Part shown: positions 27,730-40,599 of the stretch, in pieces
Numbering within the stretch: position 1 is the stretch's first letter
How the letters are laid out: every line of letters begins with the position of its first letter
Source of the DNA: Octopus bimaculoides
Taxonomy: Eukaryota
Length of the DNA: 64,000 nt
Direction: 5' to 3'
NCBI RefSeq assembly: GCF_001194135.2
Contig: NC_068985.1
Span: 64,012,165-64,076,164, forward strand
Made by a program: the position numbers and the translations under genes
The notes under the pieces: model-generated
Databases searched by the model: none
The model's input: the letters and a program-made list of their open reading frames with translations, nothing else
Told to the model about the DNA's origin: nothing

Positions 27730-27895
27730 GGAGGTGTTCTGAAAGTGTAGCCACCAGAATAAGAATAGGATTAAGAAAGTTCAGAAAGCTATTACATCTA
27801 CTGGCAACAAGATGTCTCTCTCCCGCTGAGTGAAAGGCAGAGCGTATGATGCTTGTGTACATACAGCAATGCTACTTGGTAGTGAGATGTGGGCC
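27730..27895 (+). mobile_element. RTE fragment
   Basis: Homologous to 50500-50660 (gaaagtgtagc...agaataagaatag...gtgaaaggcaga). Confidence 0.75.
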
Positions 27896-28804
27896 CTGCT
27901 CACTCACCTAAGAGCAGTATTGGCACATATTATCATCCCATCCCCTCCCTATCAGTCTTGGCCCCACTCCTAAACTATTTCCACTCCTCATCATCCTGCC
28001 CACCCTATTTCAACCAATCACCACCTTTCTATGCTTTGGTCACTGCTCTCCTCCTCTCTGCTCTACTACATTCCATTTTAAACACCCTCTCCTATTTGCT
28101 ATCATTCTCAATACTCTACCATCATGACCCACCTGCTATAGCCCCTTATGTTTCTCTATATCTCCTTTTCAATTGTTCCTACACCTTGCACATATTTTTG
28201 TTCCATTCACCTTCCTGAGCCACATCTCTTTCTCCCACCATAACCTACATACAGGTATTTCCCATCATCTGCTCCCCAAATCTTGTTCATCACTCACCAC
28301 CACCACTAGTTTACTCCTCTTTCACATTCCTATGCAAGCGTCCATTCTCTCATCTCCTCCCAAGACCCACTGTCCATGCCTTCTCTTATGCTCACCTTCT
28401 TGCTCCTCAAGCATTTGCTCTAGCACCCCATCACTACCTTGTCTTCTTCAGCCATGTATTGCCTCTATAGCAAACCAACTGGGCTTGCCCCCTCTATCAT
28501 ACTTTAGTCTTTCAATACCTGGTATACTGCCCCTGCCTCCACTTTCTCCTTACAAAAACTTTTTCTCAGTAGTGGGAGCTTTCTCTCTTTCCTTTTTCCT
28601 TTCTGTCCTGCAACTTACTTGACAACCTCACTAATGCTGATGGAATGAAAAAAGCTTCCAGTACACTCTGCAAAGTGGATGGTATTAGGAAAGGCATCCA
28701 GCCATAGAAATCATACCAAAGATGACATTAGAGCTTGATACAGCTCTGCAGCTCACCAGTTCCCAGTTAAACTGTCCAACCCACACCAACATAGAAAGCA
28801 GATG

Positions 28805-30320
28805 TTAACTGTTTCACATTCAGATTATTCTGTCATATGTAATGCATATTTATTCACATTGTTTTGAATTAATCCTGTATTATCTAATAGCTTTGAGATA
28901 TTGATGATGTAATTTTTGTTTTTAGAGTGAATATTGCATGGTAGGTATCAGAGGTAGGATTTGGTCACATTGAGCATGGAACAGAATATCTGGACTTGAT
29001 ATGACCAGTTTAAATGCTAAAGGATTAAATGAGATGATGATGACAATGACGACAAATTCAATACAAATAAACAATTGAAATCAAAAAGAAATATTGCTAA
29101 ATTATGGAAACAGTTTGTTGTTTTGTTAATTCCAATAAGTTGGAATTGTGTTTCACATAGTAATATTGCCAACTCATCTTTTCTTCACCACCTCCATCCA
29201 TATACTTGTCCCCAAGGTTCTCCATAACACAACTAACTCTAATGTAGATCACAATGCAGCCTGTCTGGTCTTGCTGTTGCCAAGTATGATGTCAATCAAT
29301 CCAACTGAGACAACATCAAGAGCTGCTGCCTGCAACACAGAGGAGCAGAAGATGAGAAATTAGCTGTCATTAACAGGTTCCTCCATTTTTTTCTTTTGTG
29401 TTAAGACAATCTGATGTCTTCAGTAAAACTGCACTACTGCTCCCTTCCATCAAATTATAATAAAGTTGTCACACCTGAAAAAGGAACTATTCATCATGTG
29501 GAGAAGTTAAAAGATGATATTGCTGACTGTTCTTGACAGCAACATTCATTGGTCATCTTGTACATGATGGCAGAGTTTGAAGATATCAGAGAAAGTATTG
29601 ACTTTTGTTGCTTTTGTTAGATTCGTATGAATTTTTATGAGAAATTAGATCATAATACTTATAGCAAATAAAATTACTTTCCTAATACAATAAATGGAAT
29701 CATGTGTAACTGCACCCTTTATTTCAATTTCTTTAAATGTAACTTATTGCCTCTAAACCTATAACTGCTGTACACAGTGTTATTTCAACAATTTAACCCT
29801 TAAGCATTTAAACCAGCCATATCCAGCCCAAACATTCTACCTATGTTCAAACAAGTCAGATCTGGCTTCCCACACCTACCCTACCATGTCATTGTAAAAA
29901 TAAACAATCACATGATGAAAATCTTGAAATAACAAGATAATGTATGTATGATTAATTTAAAACAATGGGAATAAACAAGTATTACATTTAATAGAATAAT
30001 CTTAATGCTAAAGAGTTAAAGTAGAGTTGGACAAACTTACACTTGTAATTTTAAAAAGTAAAGAGAAACTGTTTTTATTCCATACAGCTAAATGGTCAGA
30101 GAGGTTTAACTCTTTAACATTTAAACTGACCACATCTGGTTCAAATATTCTATCAATTTTGAGTTCAAGCCAACTAGATCTAGCTTCTCACAGCTATTCT
30201 AAAAATACACAATCACATCATTGAAATCAGAAAGCTACAAGATAATAAATGATTAATTCAAAACAATGTGAATAAATAAACAATAAATTTGAAAGAGTAA
30301 TCTGAATGCTAAAGGGTTAA
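28805..30320. mobile_element. Three TTAA-bounded piggyBac-type MITEs (28805-29028 minus; 29793-30019 plus; 30106-30320 plus)
   Basis: Each is about 215-225 bp with ends like ttaaccct...agcattta and aatgctaaag.gttaa, and a shared internal sequence. Confidence 0.75.
29100..29640 (-). mobile_element. Ancient RTE-like RT relic
   Basis: Frameshifted remnants resembling GVRQG, FADDI (FTEDI) and YLG motifs. Confidence 0.4.
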
Positions 30321-31302
30321 TAAATATTACTGGCAGAAATGTTCCACATGCCAATCCAGAGAATAAATCTTCAACAATACAAGACATCAACTAATTATAT
30401 TATCTGTTTGTCTTTCCAATTAAGGCAGCTTAAAAGGAAGTTTTAAAAATTCAGACATTTTTCTTCACTGCTGAAGGAAATATTTTTACAATTGGAAGAA
30501 GAGACTATATTTCAAATAAATAAATCAATTGGAACTAACTAGTCTATTTTAAAGACATTAGAAACAACTGTACCTATCACTCTTACACACACACACACAC
30601 ACACAAATATATTTCTATTTTCAGTTTGTTTTACCCCAACAATTATTTGGGAAGCCATTTATAAGTGGGCTATTATAGCAGCTGGCTGTTATAGAATTAT
30701 AAGCAATAAGGTATCACAATAGAAAGGTAAATATCTAACATGATGACCCTTGATCAGTCTTCATCTAGCTAAGTAATAGTCAAAGCCACTTCAGTTGTAA
30801 CCATCATGTCTTTTGTATCCTTCCTTTTTTGACAGTGGAGTGTGATTTGAAGTATATTTAGCTACTGTTCCTGATGTGTTGATTGACAATATAGGATTCA
30901 TTAGTTCAGCAACATTAATGTTGCTATGTCAACTCCTGTTTCAGGATCATTGCTCTGTCTATTTAGAAGGCCAGAGAAATGGTCACCCCACCAGAAATAC
31001 AACAACTCTGCATGATAGTTCACACTAAAAGAAACAGCAGCCAAATATCCTTCAAATCGTAGCCTACTATTTTAACTAAAAACACATCGGATAATGCAAT
31101 GATAGATAACCTGAATAAAATTTTTAAAAAAACAGGATGGTCATGGCTAGAATCCCTTTGATCACAAGAGGATCAACTTGAGTTCAACAACAATGATGAT
31201 ATCAACAAAGTAACAAATAAAGATATCATTCCTGTTAGAGCAGTCATACATAATCTATTCTGATATGTCCTTGTAAAAATATCTTCATGATAAAGTCTAA
31301 AG

Positions 31303-34300
31303 CCGTCATGGGAACCTGCGGCCCGCAAAGCTTTCTGAATGGCTGGCCTAAGTCAGTAAAGAAAAATATTCGCCATCATCAGACAACCGTATAATTTTCA
31401 ACATCCCTCAGAGTTGATCTACAACAATCCAAATATTCAAGAGAAGAATTAGCATCTCTACTCGGGACACTAATTCAACAAAAGAAAAGTATTGAGTTAA
31501 TGTTCAATTTCTGATTCCACTGCTTGTTATAATTCAGTGCCTGTAAATACACGTGGTATTCATGTAACATTGTCAAGCAGGATTAACGGAATTTTCAAAG
31601 TAAAAGTGTGCAAAGTGCTGTATTTTTAAACTTTAATTTTTGATGTCAAAGCTAATGGCTTCATCCAAAAAAAGAAAGATTTCTTAAGAAATAAGAAAAT
31701 TCCAGGAAAAGTGGACAAATGATTATTTATTTGTTGAAGCAAAAAATAAATAAATGTGTTTAATATGTTTTGAATCTGTCTCCGCTTTTAAAGAACTTAA
31801 TAGTAGGCAACATTACATTTCAAAATATTCAGGATATCATAAAAAATTGAATCCTTTAAGAAACAGATCGGCAGTCTAAATATACTCTTTTCCAAAAAGC
31901 AAACCAGACTAAAAGAAATAGTACATGTTAGCTATGTTGTTAGTGAAAAAGTGGCAAAACATTCAAAAAATTATTCCAACGGTGAATTTGTAAAAAGACT
32001 GTCTTTTGTCAGTGGCTGCAATTTTGTGTCTGGAAAAAGGTAGGTATGTTTCACAAGATTAGTTTGTCTTGCAGGACAATAAGAAGACAAGTTAAGGAAA
32101 TTGAAGCAGATATCGAGGGTACACTGACAGAAAAAATAAGAGACTTCGATTGTTTTTTTCACTGGCTATCAATGAAAGCTCAGTCATATCCAATTCAACT
32201 CAACTAGCAATTTTCATGCATGGTAATGATAAGTCATTTAATATCACAGAAGAATTGTTTAGTGTTCAGACAATGAAAGACACAGTTACAGGATATAAAA
32301 TTTATGAAGTAAAGAAAGCAGCCTTGAAGTTAAATCTCCCGCTTGAATGACTCGTCAGTGTAGCAACAGACGGGGCCCCAGCAATGGTTGGGTCTAAGAT
32401 AGGCTTTCTTGCCAAATTAAAAGAAGAATTAACTTTTTTGAATTTAACAAACAGTAACTTTGCAACGATTCATTGCATAATTTACCAAGAAAATCTATAC
32501 TCTTTTACTCGTCTCAGTCATTTGACTGTGGCCATGTTGGAGCACTGCCTTTAGTTGAGCAAATCGACCCCAGGACTTATTCTTTGTAAGCCTAGTACCT
32601 AGTCTATAGGTCTCTTTTACCGAACCGCTACATTACGGAGATGTAAACACACCAGCATCGGTTATCAAGCAATGTTGGGGGACAAACACAAACAGACACA
32701 TACATATATATATATACATATATACGACAAGCTTCTTTCAGTTTCCGTTTACCAAATCCACTCACAAGACTTTGGCTGGCCTGAGGCTATAGTAGAAGAC
32801 ACTTGTCCAAGGTGCCACGCAGTGTACGCCTATGTGCAAAGTCTCTAAAATTTGAGAATGTTATGCATGCAGTTGTTTCAAACATCTATTTTATAAAATC
32901 CTTGGCACTTAAACATTGCCAGTTCAAAGAGTTCTTAGAAGAATGTGAATCAGAATATGGTGACCTTGTTTACTTCAGTGTAGTTTGTTGGTTAAGTAAA
33001 GGGAAGATGCTTCAATGATTTTATAGCCTGAGAGAAAGGTAGATTTGTTCCAGAACTGAAAAGTGATAACTGGATTTGTGACCTTGTATTTCTCATGGAT
33101 ATAACTACACATTTAAATGATTTAAATTTAAAATTGCAAAAGCAAAATCAGTTAATTCACGAGATGTATTCTCATGTCAAAGCTTTTCAAACAAAACTTC
33201 AAATTTGGGAGAATCAACTCAGGACTGGTGATGCTTTCCATTTCCCTACACTAGCTATTCATGGATCGACATCTAGATATGACTTTGCTGTGGAGCTAAA
33301 TGAGCTGAAAAAAGAACTGAACACCAGATTTAACGACTTCAAAGCTAGGAAAGCTGATTTTAATCTTTTCAGAAAGCCTTTTAACGCTGATGTTGAAAAA
33401 GTTCTAAAGAAATTGCAAATGGATCTAATTGAATTTCAGAGTGATGAATTTCTTCAGCAAAAATTTAAAGAGGAATCTTTGATGCATTTTTATGAAACTG
33501 CCTGAAATTAGTGTGCTTTGCTAGAAGATATGCCACCATGTTTGGTAATTCATATAAATGTAAACAACACTTTACTAGACTGGAAATAATGAAGTCAAAA
33601 TCCAGGTCAACATTGACTGATATTCATCTGGAAGACAATTTATGGGTTGTAACATCACAAATTCCTGTAAATATTGAGAAACTCATAGAAAATGTACAAT
33701 ACCAGGTTTCTCATTAAAATTCGAGAGTAAATTATTCCTATTTACATCAATAATAAATGGATCTTACTTGTCTGTGTTTTGTTAAGCAGTGTTTTAGTTG
33801 AACTATTTTCCTCATCTATGCTGCTCTTTTTTTTGTTTTTGATTTTGGGTTGTTATACTTCAAGTCAAATGAATTTGTTTTTCAATTTCATTTTTGTTTT
33901 TTTAGTTTCTTTTCTTTAATCATAGATAGATAATGTGTAATGTTAAATGTATATAAAATTTTCATTGTATTAAATTGTTTATTTACATTTCTTAAGCATT
34001 TTCCTCAAGAACCATAGCTTGAAACGGTTCAACTAAACCACATACATAACAATGATTAGGTACGATATTTCTTGAATTTTGCAACCTTTCATTGAAAGTA
34101 AGGTTTTCAGTATTTAAAGTTTCAAAAACAAACATTCATAATAATTCTTTTCTCCACGGAAAGAGTTTTGGTGCTAATTTACATATCAGAATAATAAAAC
34201 CTACAATTAAATGAAAGTGATATCTTTGATATTTTTACCCCAGCTTTTCAGTTGTAATTTATCTTTCTATCATTTTTATGACCGAGGAAAACATGTACAA

Positions 34301-34444
34301 ATTCTGAAGAAACAAATCAAAACAACTTGAGTTACCGCCCTTTTTTTAAAATGTAGGCATGAATGTAAATTAGCACTTGCAGCCTGCCTGATTATGAATC
34401 ATATCTCATGTGGCTTGCTTCTCGAAAAAGGTTGCCCATGCTTG
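31303..34444 (+). mobile_element. hAT (Buster/SPIN/GTF2IRD2-like) DNA transposon, pseudogenised
   Basis: Perfect 8-bp TSD GTCTAAAG at 31295-31302 and 34445-34452. TIRs ccgtcatgggaacct / aggttgcccatgcttg. Motifs FSLAINES, ATDGAPAM, IHCIIYQE.LCAK, WLSKG, DIT.HLN.LN.KLQ, F...Y.C.Q.F. Confidence 0.95.
32498..32829 (-). mobile_element. SINE family B inserted in the hAT ORF
   Basis: Removing it restores QENL-CAKSL. Confidence 0.9.
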
Positions 34445-35210
34445 GTCTAAAGAATCTAGGATATTGAAATTATCCCACAAGATAACATTACAAATTTTAA
34501 TGTCACTAAGAGTGGTTATTAAATACAAAGGTTGGCTGAAACATGCATGGGCTGATTAAGACACTGATGGAATGTGACCAAATGAGGCTTATTTCTCAAC
34601 ATAGTTCCCCTTACAGTTCACACCATGACAGTGATGATGTTTTCATTTTGATATATTAGCCAGAAAACAAAGAAATTCAAAACCCTACACTTTTTATCAA
34701 AGCCTTCAAGACTGTTGAGGAAAAGTTTTCATGTTGACAGTGATTACAACAATGACAATAATGGCCTGAAATAAAAGGTCTATCATAAAATATACATGTT
34801 CAAATCATTTACAGATTAAAGCAATTTTTGACAGAACCGATAAAGGAAAACTTCATAGCTATCAGACTGTAAATTTTACAGATGTGGAATATATTGTTGT
34901 TGTTGTTGTACAAGTTATATTAGAGAGAGAGAGATGTCTAACATAAACACTCAATAAAATTATATTGGTCTTTGTAACATTAAGTTATAATCTATGCCAA
35001 TCTAAGTTGTGCATTTCATAAAATAAATATTGTTATAAAGAAAGACAAGCTGTTCAACAAAATGATTAAATAAAAATACTTTTCTTATCTTGCATATACC
35101 ATTTGTACCATAATAGACTGCAGCATGGATAAACCAGTGAATAAATCTGGACTCGTGATCACAAAGTGACTGCTATAACATATCCAGAGTTAGGAGTAAA
35201 AAGCAGGGTT

Positions 35211-35245
35211 ACTTACCTGAAAGAAAAACAAAAATAATTTAACAA
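35211..35245 (-). promoter_or_regulatory. Candidate recursive splice site 1 (3'ss/5'ss junction between 35217 and 35216)
   Basis: Minus strand reads ttgttaaattatttttgtttttctttCAG|GTAAGTaa, in apparently non-repetitive sequence. Confidence 0.65.
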
Positions 35246-35816
35246 CATAAATTATGAAACGAACAAGTAACATGATAGTTTGATGAAGTCTAATTCTTCA
35301 ACTGTCAACATTAAACTAATTCTTTAATATATTTCAAATGCCAAAAACTTTTATTCACACAAACTTTGTAAAATTTAAAGCCATTATTTACAATATTTTC
35401 ACTTTTTTTTTAGGTAATTAGGCAAAACAACTAAAAGTAGGAATGATCCAACAATCTGAGAAATATTAATTACATTTTCTAATCTTTCAATTTTGGAAAG
35501 TTTCTTAAAAAATAAATTAAACTATTGCTTACATTAGTTTAATTTCTGAAACAAATCTTCTAATAAATCAAGCCAATGTGGGTATATTGTAACAGTTTCC
35601 TATCTATTCAGTAGTACCTCAGCATCAATAAGGTAAGATTTAATAAAATTGTTTATTCCAGACTTCAAATGAAATATATTTTCCCCTCAAGCTACACAAG
35701 TTTCCCTCTTTATTTAAATACAACTTAAGCAGTGGTCATTCTACTTGAACAAGTGAAACTGTACTTTGTCCCCAGTAATTATTCTAGTGTTGGTAGTGAA
35801 AACAGTACACCAGTAA

Positions 35817-36415
35817 TTGTCATCGTTTAACGTCCGCTTTCCATGCTAGCATGGGTTGGACGATTTGACTGAGGACTGGTGAACCAGATGGCTACACCAG
35901 GCTCCAATCTGATTTGCCAGAGTTTCTACAGCTAGATGCCCTTCCTAACACCAACCACTCCGAGAATGTCGTGGGTGCTTTTACGTGCCACCAGCACAGT
36001 CAGGCGGTACTGGCAACAGCCACGCTCAAAATGGTGTATTTTACGTGCCAACTGCACAAGAGCCAGTCCAGCGGCACTGGCAACGATCTCGCTCGAATGN
36101 NNNNNNNNNTTACGTGCCAACTGCACAAGAGCCAGTCCAGCGGCACTGGCAACGATCTCGCTCGAATGTCTTTACATGTGCCACCAGCACAAGTGCCAGG
36201 AAGGCGACGCTGGAAATAGGTGCCATCACGATTTCGCTTACCCCAATAGGTCTTCGCAAGCCGAGTTTAGTGTCCAATGAAGGAGACGACGTTGACATGG
36301 GTGCCAGTTGTTGAATTTAGTCCGATTTCAATTTCACTTGCCTCAACAGGTCTTCGCAAGCGGAGTTTAGTGTCCAATGAAGGACAGAGGCCTTGGATTT
36401 AGGTCTCACTTGGCT
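35817..36415 (-). mobile_element. RTE 3' end (UTR plus (gat)n tail)
   Basis: Reverse complement of the tails at 51030-51590 and 60620-61170. Confidence 0.9.
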
Positions 36416-36443
36416 ATATATATATATATATGTATATATATAT

Positions 36444-36911
36444 AGTGTAGTATATTGCCACTTAAGTGTGGCTGACCCCTAGGGGTGGATGTTACTGTTG
36501 CTTTTAGCCCCAGGAGGACATCTCCTCCAGCTGGCTTATCGACACACGACTGTGTCCTGTTTGCCAAGGGAAGTTATCCCTCTCACCTCGATCTGCAGCA
36601 CGAACGGATCCGGATTTCAGGGTTATTTCCCTTCGTCGGCGTTCGATAGCTGCTGACCTTGGCGAGAGAGACAAAAACCTGGCAATCTTATATCTTCTTT
36701 TCCAGTGAAATTCTTCACTGATATCGAAAAGGTGCTGAAATCCGGATCCGTTCGTGCTGCAGATCGAGGTGAGAGGGATAACTTCCCTTGGCAAACAGGA
36801 CACAGTCGTGTGTCGATAAGCCAGCTGGAGGAGATGTCCTCCTGGGGCTAAAAGCAACAGTAACATCCACCCCTAGGGGTCAGCCACACTTAAGTGGCAA
36901 TATACTACACT
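36444..36911. repeat. Perfect 177-bp inverted repeat with 114-bp spacer
   Basis: 36444-36620 is the exact reverse complement of 36735-36911 (base-by-base check by eye); termini AGTGTAG...CTACACT. Confidence 0.95.
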
Positions 36912-36989
36912 TTATCGTGCAGTTACTGTTAATACTTCATTTAGAGAATTAACATTGCTTATATATATATATATATATATAGATATATA

Positions 36990-39511
36990 CATGGAATTAC
37001 TGAAGAAAGAGATAGAAAAAAACTATAAGACTACCAACAGCAATATTCTACGGGAAGCTAACCTGGATGTTAAGGAAATTATGTTCGAATACAATCTGCA
37101 TGATAGGACTGAACCTATGGTCCCTAAGCAATCTCGGTTTGTTCTTAAGGACCATAAGATAAATTTTTGGTCCAACCCTTCTCTACGTCTTATTTGTCCC
37201 TCTAGGTCTGACTTAGGCATTCTTACCAAAAACGTTCTGGACAAATATATATACCCACTATAATTAATAAGTTAAAACTGAATCTTCGGTCTAATTCTTC
37301 TCAAGTAATAGATTGGTTTAATTCAATTAAAGATAAGAATAATACCAAATTTATACAGTTTGACATTTCTAGTTTCTATTCCTCTATTAACCCTATTATC
37401 CTTAACAAAGCGCTTTGGTTCGCAGGTCTTTCTAGGGATGAAATTAATGTAATTTTAGGGGCTCGTAAATCTATCATTAAATTTAACAATAAACTGTGGA
37501 TCTGTAAGGATACTCCGGAGGCTTTTGATGTTCCTATGGGAAGTTCGGACTCAGCTCAAATAGCTGATATGGTCTGTTCGTATTTATTGTATGAAATGGC
37601 AGACCAGTTCCCTAACATAAAGGGAGGTCTTTACAGGGACGATTGTCTGCTATACCTCCATAAGGCCTCTGCCTAGAGCATACAAAAAGTTTAAAATAGG
37701 TTAGCTAGATTCTTCAAAAGAATGGGCTTTGGCATCGTTTTTGAGGATGAGGTCTCTGTAGCAAACTTTCTAGACGTTACTTTAGACTTACATAGTAATA
37801 CTCACTTTCCCTTCCATAAACCGTCAACTAATCTCAAGTACATAAGCCCCTTTAGTAACCATCCAAGACATATAACCAGTAATTTGGTTAGGAATATCTC
37901 AATTAGGCTTTCCAAACTTTCCTCTAACTCCCAAATTTTCAATAAGGAGGCTGACTTCTATAATTCAGCCTTATTGAGGGCAGGTTATAAGGACAGGGTA
38001 GTGTACATCAACTCTTCTAGTGATCTTTCTCCTTCTACACAACATGATACCCCCTTTACTAGCGTAGATGAACCCATTTCTATTCCCTCCCATTCTTCTC
38101 ACTTTACTGAGAAAGTGGGTCATCCTTATCACTCACATAAGGTGTGTCCCAACTGGCTCTAAACACTTTAACAAATTCAAAAATCTTTGTTTATTTAACC
38201 ACACTAATACTGTATCTAGATCTGTTGATGATAATAATATCTGGCTCATCCTCCCGTTTGGGAAGCAGGTTAAATCAAATTTGGTCCGGCAGTTCCGAGA
38301 CGCGGTGAGTAGGAACTTCCCTATAGGTTCCCACTATTACCCAATAATCAACTCGCATAAGGTTAGATTCGGGTTTTCCAACACTAAAAATTTGGTACAG
38401 ATTATATCTTCCCATAATCTCTGGTTTTTAGATTCTTCTCTAGACGGCCATCCTAGATATGATCGTAATATTAGTAATGTTCATACCTGTAACAATAATA
38501 ATTGCTCCAATAATTTAACGCACACAAATGATGGCATTAGTCATTCAGATATTAATATGGGTAGTATGTACAATATTAGGAATCATAAAAATATCTGTAA
38601 CAATAATAAGATTAGCAATAAGATTAGCATCTTGGAATTAAATCATAATAGAATTAAGTTTTTAAGTGCGAATGCAAGGACCAAGAATGTAGTTTACCAA
38701 TGCAAAGTAACGTCTCATGCTGATGTCTCGTTTTACTTAGGTAGTTCATCGACGCAGGTCTCCAAGAGAATTTCGAATCATTATTCGTCATTTAGGGATA
38801 GGAATAAAGCTAGCACCACCGGTCTAAGTAAATTTATTTGGGAACTGAAAGATTGCAATAAGCAATTCTCTTTGGAATGGTCTATACTGGCTACCTCAGT
38901 TCCCTATGACAAAGGTAAGGATTTTTGTCCTCTTTGTGACTTGGAACTTTTCTATATCCTGTTCTCCAAGAATCGCCTAGTTAACCAAATAACTCAGAGG
39001 GCGTATCGTTGTCAGCACTTCAAGAAACATACCTTCTTTTATTACCGTTAACTCCTACATTCCAACTAGGTTAGGTTTTAAGCATTATTTTTTTTTTTAT
39101 TATTATTATTTTTTTCTCACTAAATGTCCTCTGAATAATATCTACTTCTACATCCACTGTAACTTGTCTTTTATTTCCCCCTTCTATAGTTGATTAAGTA
39201 ATTTCCTTCCCAGTAATGCTACTTGAGTTGCTTTGTACCACTAGTTGCTTTGCCTTATATCCAACCTTCTCTTTATAAGCACGAATACTGTTGTTATTAT
39301 TATAATTTCTCAACAAAATATCCTGTACCTCGTTTTTCTATTGATTAGCGCTAACATCAGTATATTAATATATCACAGGGTAATGCTGTTTCATTTATCA
39401 TGTTTACATTCTTCGGTTCAAATCAGTATGTTATTAATCTTAATATTTTTAATATAATCTTAAACAAAACATATATGTATATATATATGTGTGTGTGTAT
39501 GTATGTGTGTG

Positions 39512-39542
<31 letters not shown>

Positions 39543-39599
39543 ATATGTATGTATATATGTATGTATATGTGTGCATATGTGTGTATATGTGTATGTGTG

Positions 39600-39647
<48 letters not shown>

Positions 39648-40500
39648 CATATATATATATATTTCTGCCTCAATCACCACTAGTTCTTTATTTTCCCCTT
39701 CTACAGTTAGCTAAGTAAATTCTTCCTAGTAATGTCACACTGGTTGTTGTTCGTACCATCGGTAACTTCAACTAAGTATTTCCAATCTTCTCCTTGTAAG
39801 GGTGCACATTATTATCATTATTATTTCTCCAATAAATATCTTGTACCTTGTTTTACCATTAACTAACATTAATATCCGTATAATAATATAATATATTACT
39901 AGGCTATGATGCTTTATTTATTTTTATATTTACTTTCTTCACTTCATATAAAGTATGTAATTAGTTTTCTCCTTAAATAGAAAATGTTTTATTTGATGAA
40001 CTCCCTTAGTTCTCTCCCTTCCTCCATTTTTGACTTAGCAATTAGCTCACGATTTTTAGTTTTCTTTACCGTGATTTATTTTGCCTTCCCCATTTGAATC
40101 ATTTAATTTAAACCTTTAGCATTACGTTTACAGCCCCCTCCCTTTATAACTCTATGTAAACAAGCGTTCTTATTCCTAACGCCCATGGAATAATATTATT
40201 GCTCCTTTAAACAAGCATTCTAACGGTCACTTGGACATGTAACATCTTAGCTCGTAAGTTACCTCATCATTTCGCATTTGTCTTGCTTTTATATGTTGAT
40301 TCCCTGAAGATGAATATATGTGGAATTCCAGCAGCTCTTACTTCTTTGAAGGAGAGCTCACATATATTTTGAAACATGTGTAGGAATTAAAGGAATTTTT
40401 ATTTATATGCGTTTTGCTCCATTTATTGTTATTATTCATATCTTCTCAAAATGTATCACTTCAACTTGGTATCTCTATCTGTAAAACGGCTGTGATATCT
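36990..40500 (+). mobile_element. Near-complete Penelope-like element, Naiad-like (RT plus GIY-YIG plus long 3' UTR)
   Basis: LKDHK..F...P..RLICP, FIQFDISSFY, PMGS, GLYRDD, NFLDVTLDL, SNHP, then VYQCKV...YLGSS...KRI.NH.SSF...W.I...C.LC..E. A frameshift near 37260, stops near 37675 and 37692, and a further frame change near 38100-38160. Confidence 0.9.
40299..40387 (+). ncRNA. Type-I hammerhead ribozyme in the PLE 3' repeat
   Basis: attcc-CTGAAGA-tg-aatatatgtg...cacatatatt-tt-GAAA-catgtg-TA-ggaat. Stem II is long and extended; stem III looks like cacgtg after CpG decay. Predicted GUA cleavage after 40382. Confidence 0.65.
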
Positions 40501-40599
40501 TGGTTTTTGTGTAATTTTTGCTACCCATGGTAACAATTAACATATTTACATTGTCAAAGGTTTTTTAAAACTGAGATAATATTAATATATACATAAATT

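Noticed and set aside
27889-28622. 109-aa and 149-aa Ser/Leu/Pro-rich ORFs
   Set aside because: Pyrimidine-rich low-complexity sequence, probably a retroelement UTR relic; no domain or splice support.
36050-36170. Apparent tandem duplications flanking short N gaps (also 42840-42955 and 54240-54505)
   Set aside because: Identical sequence on both sides of a gap is typical of unmerged contig overlap.
37620-37700. Possible selenocysteine recoding in the Naiad-like ORF
   Set aside because: The interrupting codons are TAG and TAA, not TGA, and no SECIS was recognised.
39400-39718. Many CV/HT/YI-repeat ORFs here and at 7.7k, 46.1k and 53.6k
   Set aside because: These are translations of dinucleotide microsatellites.
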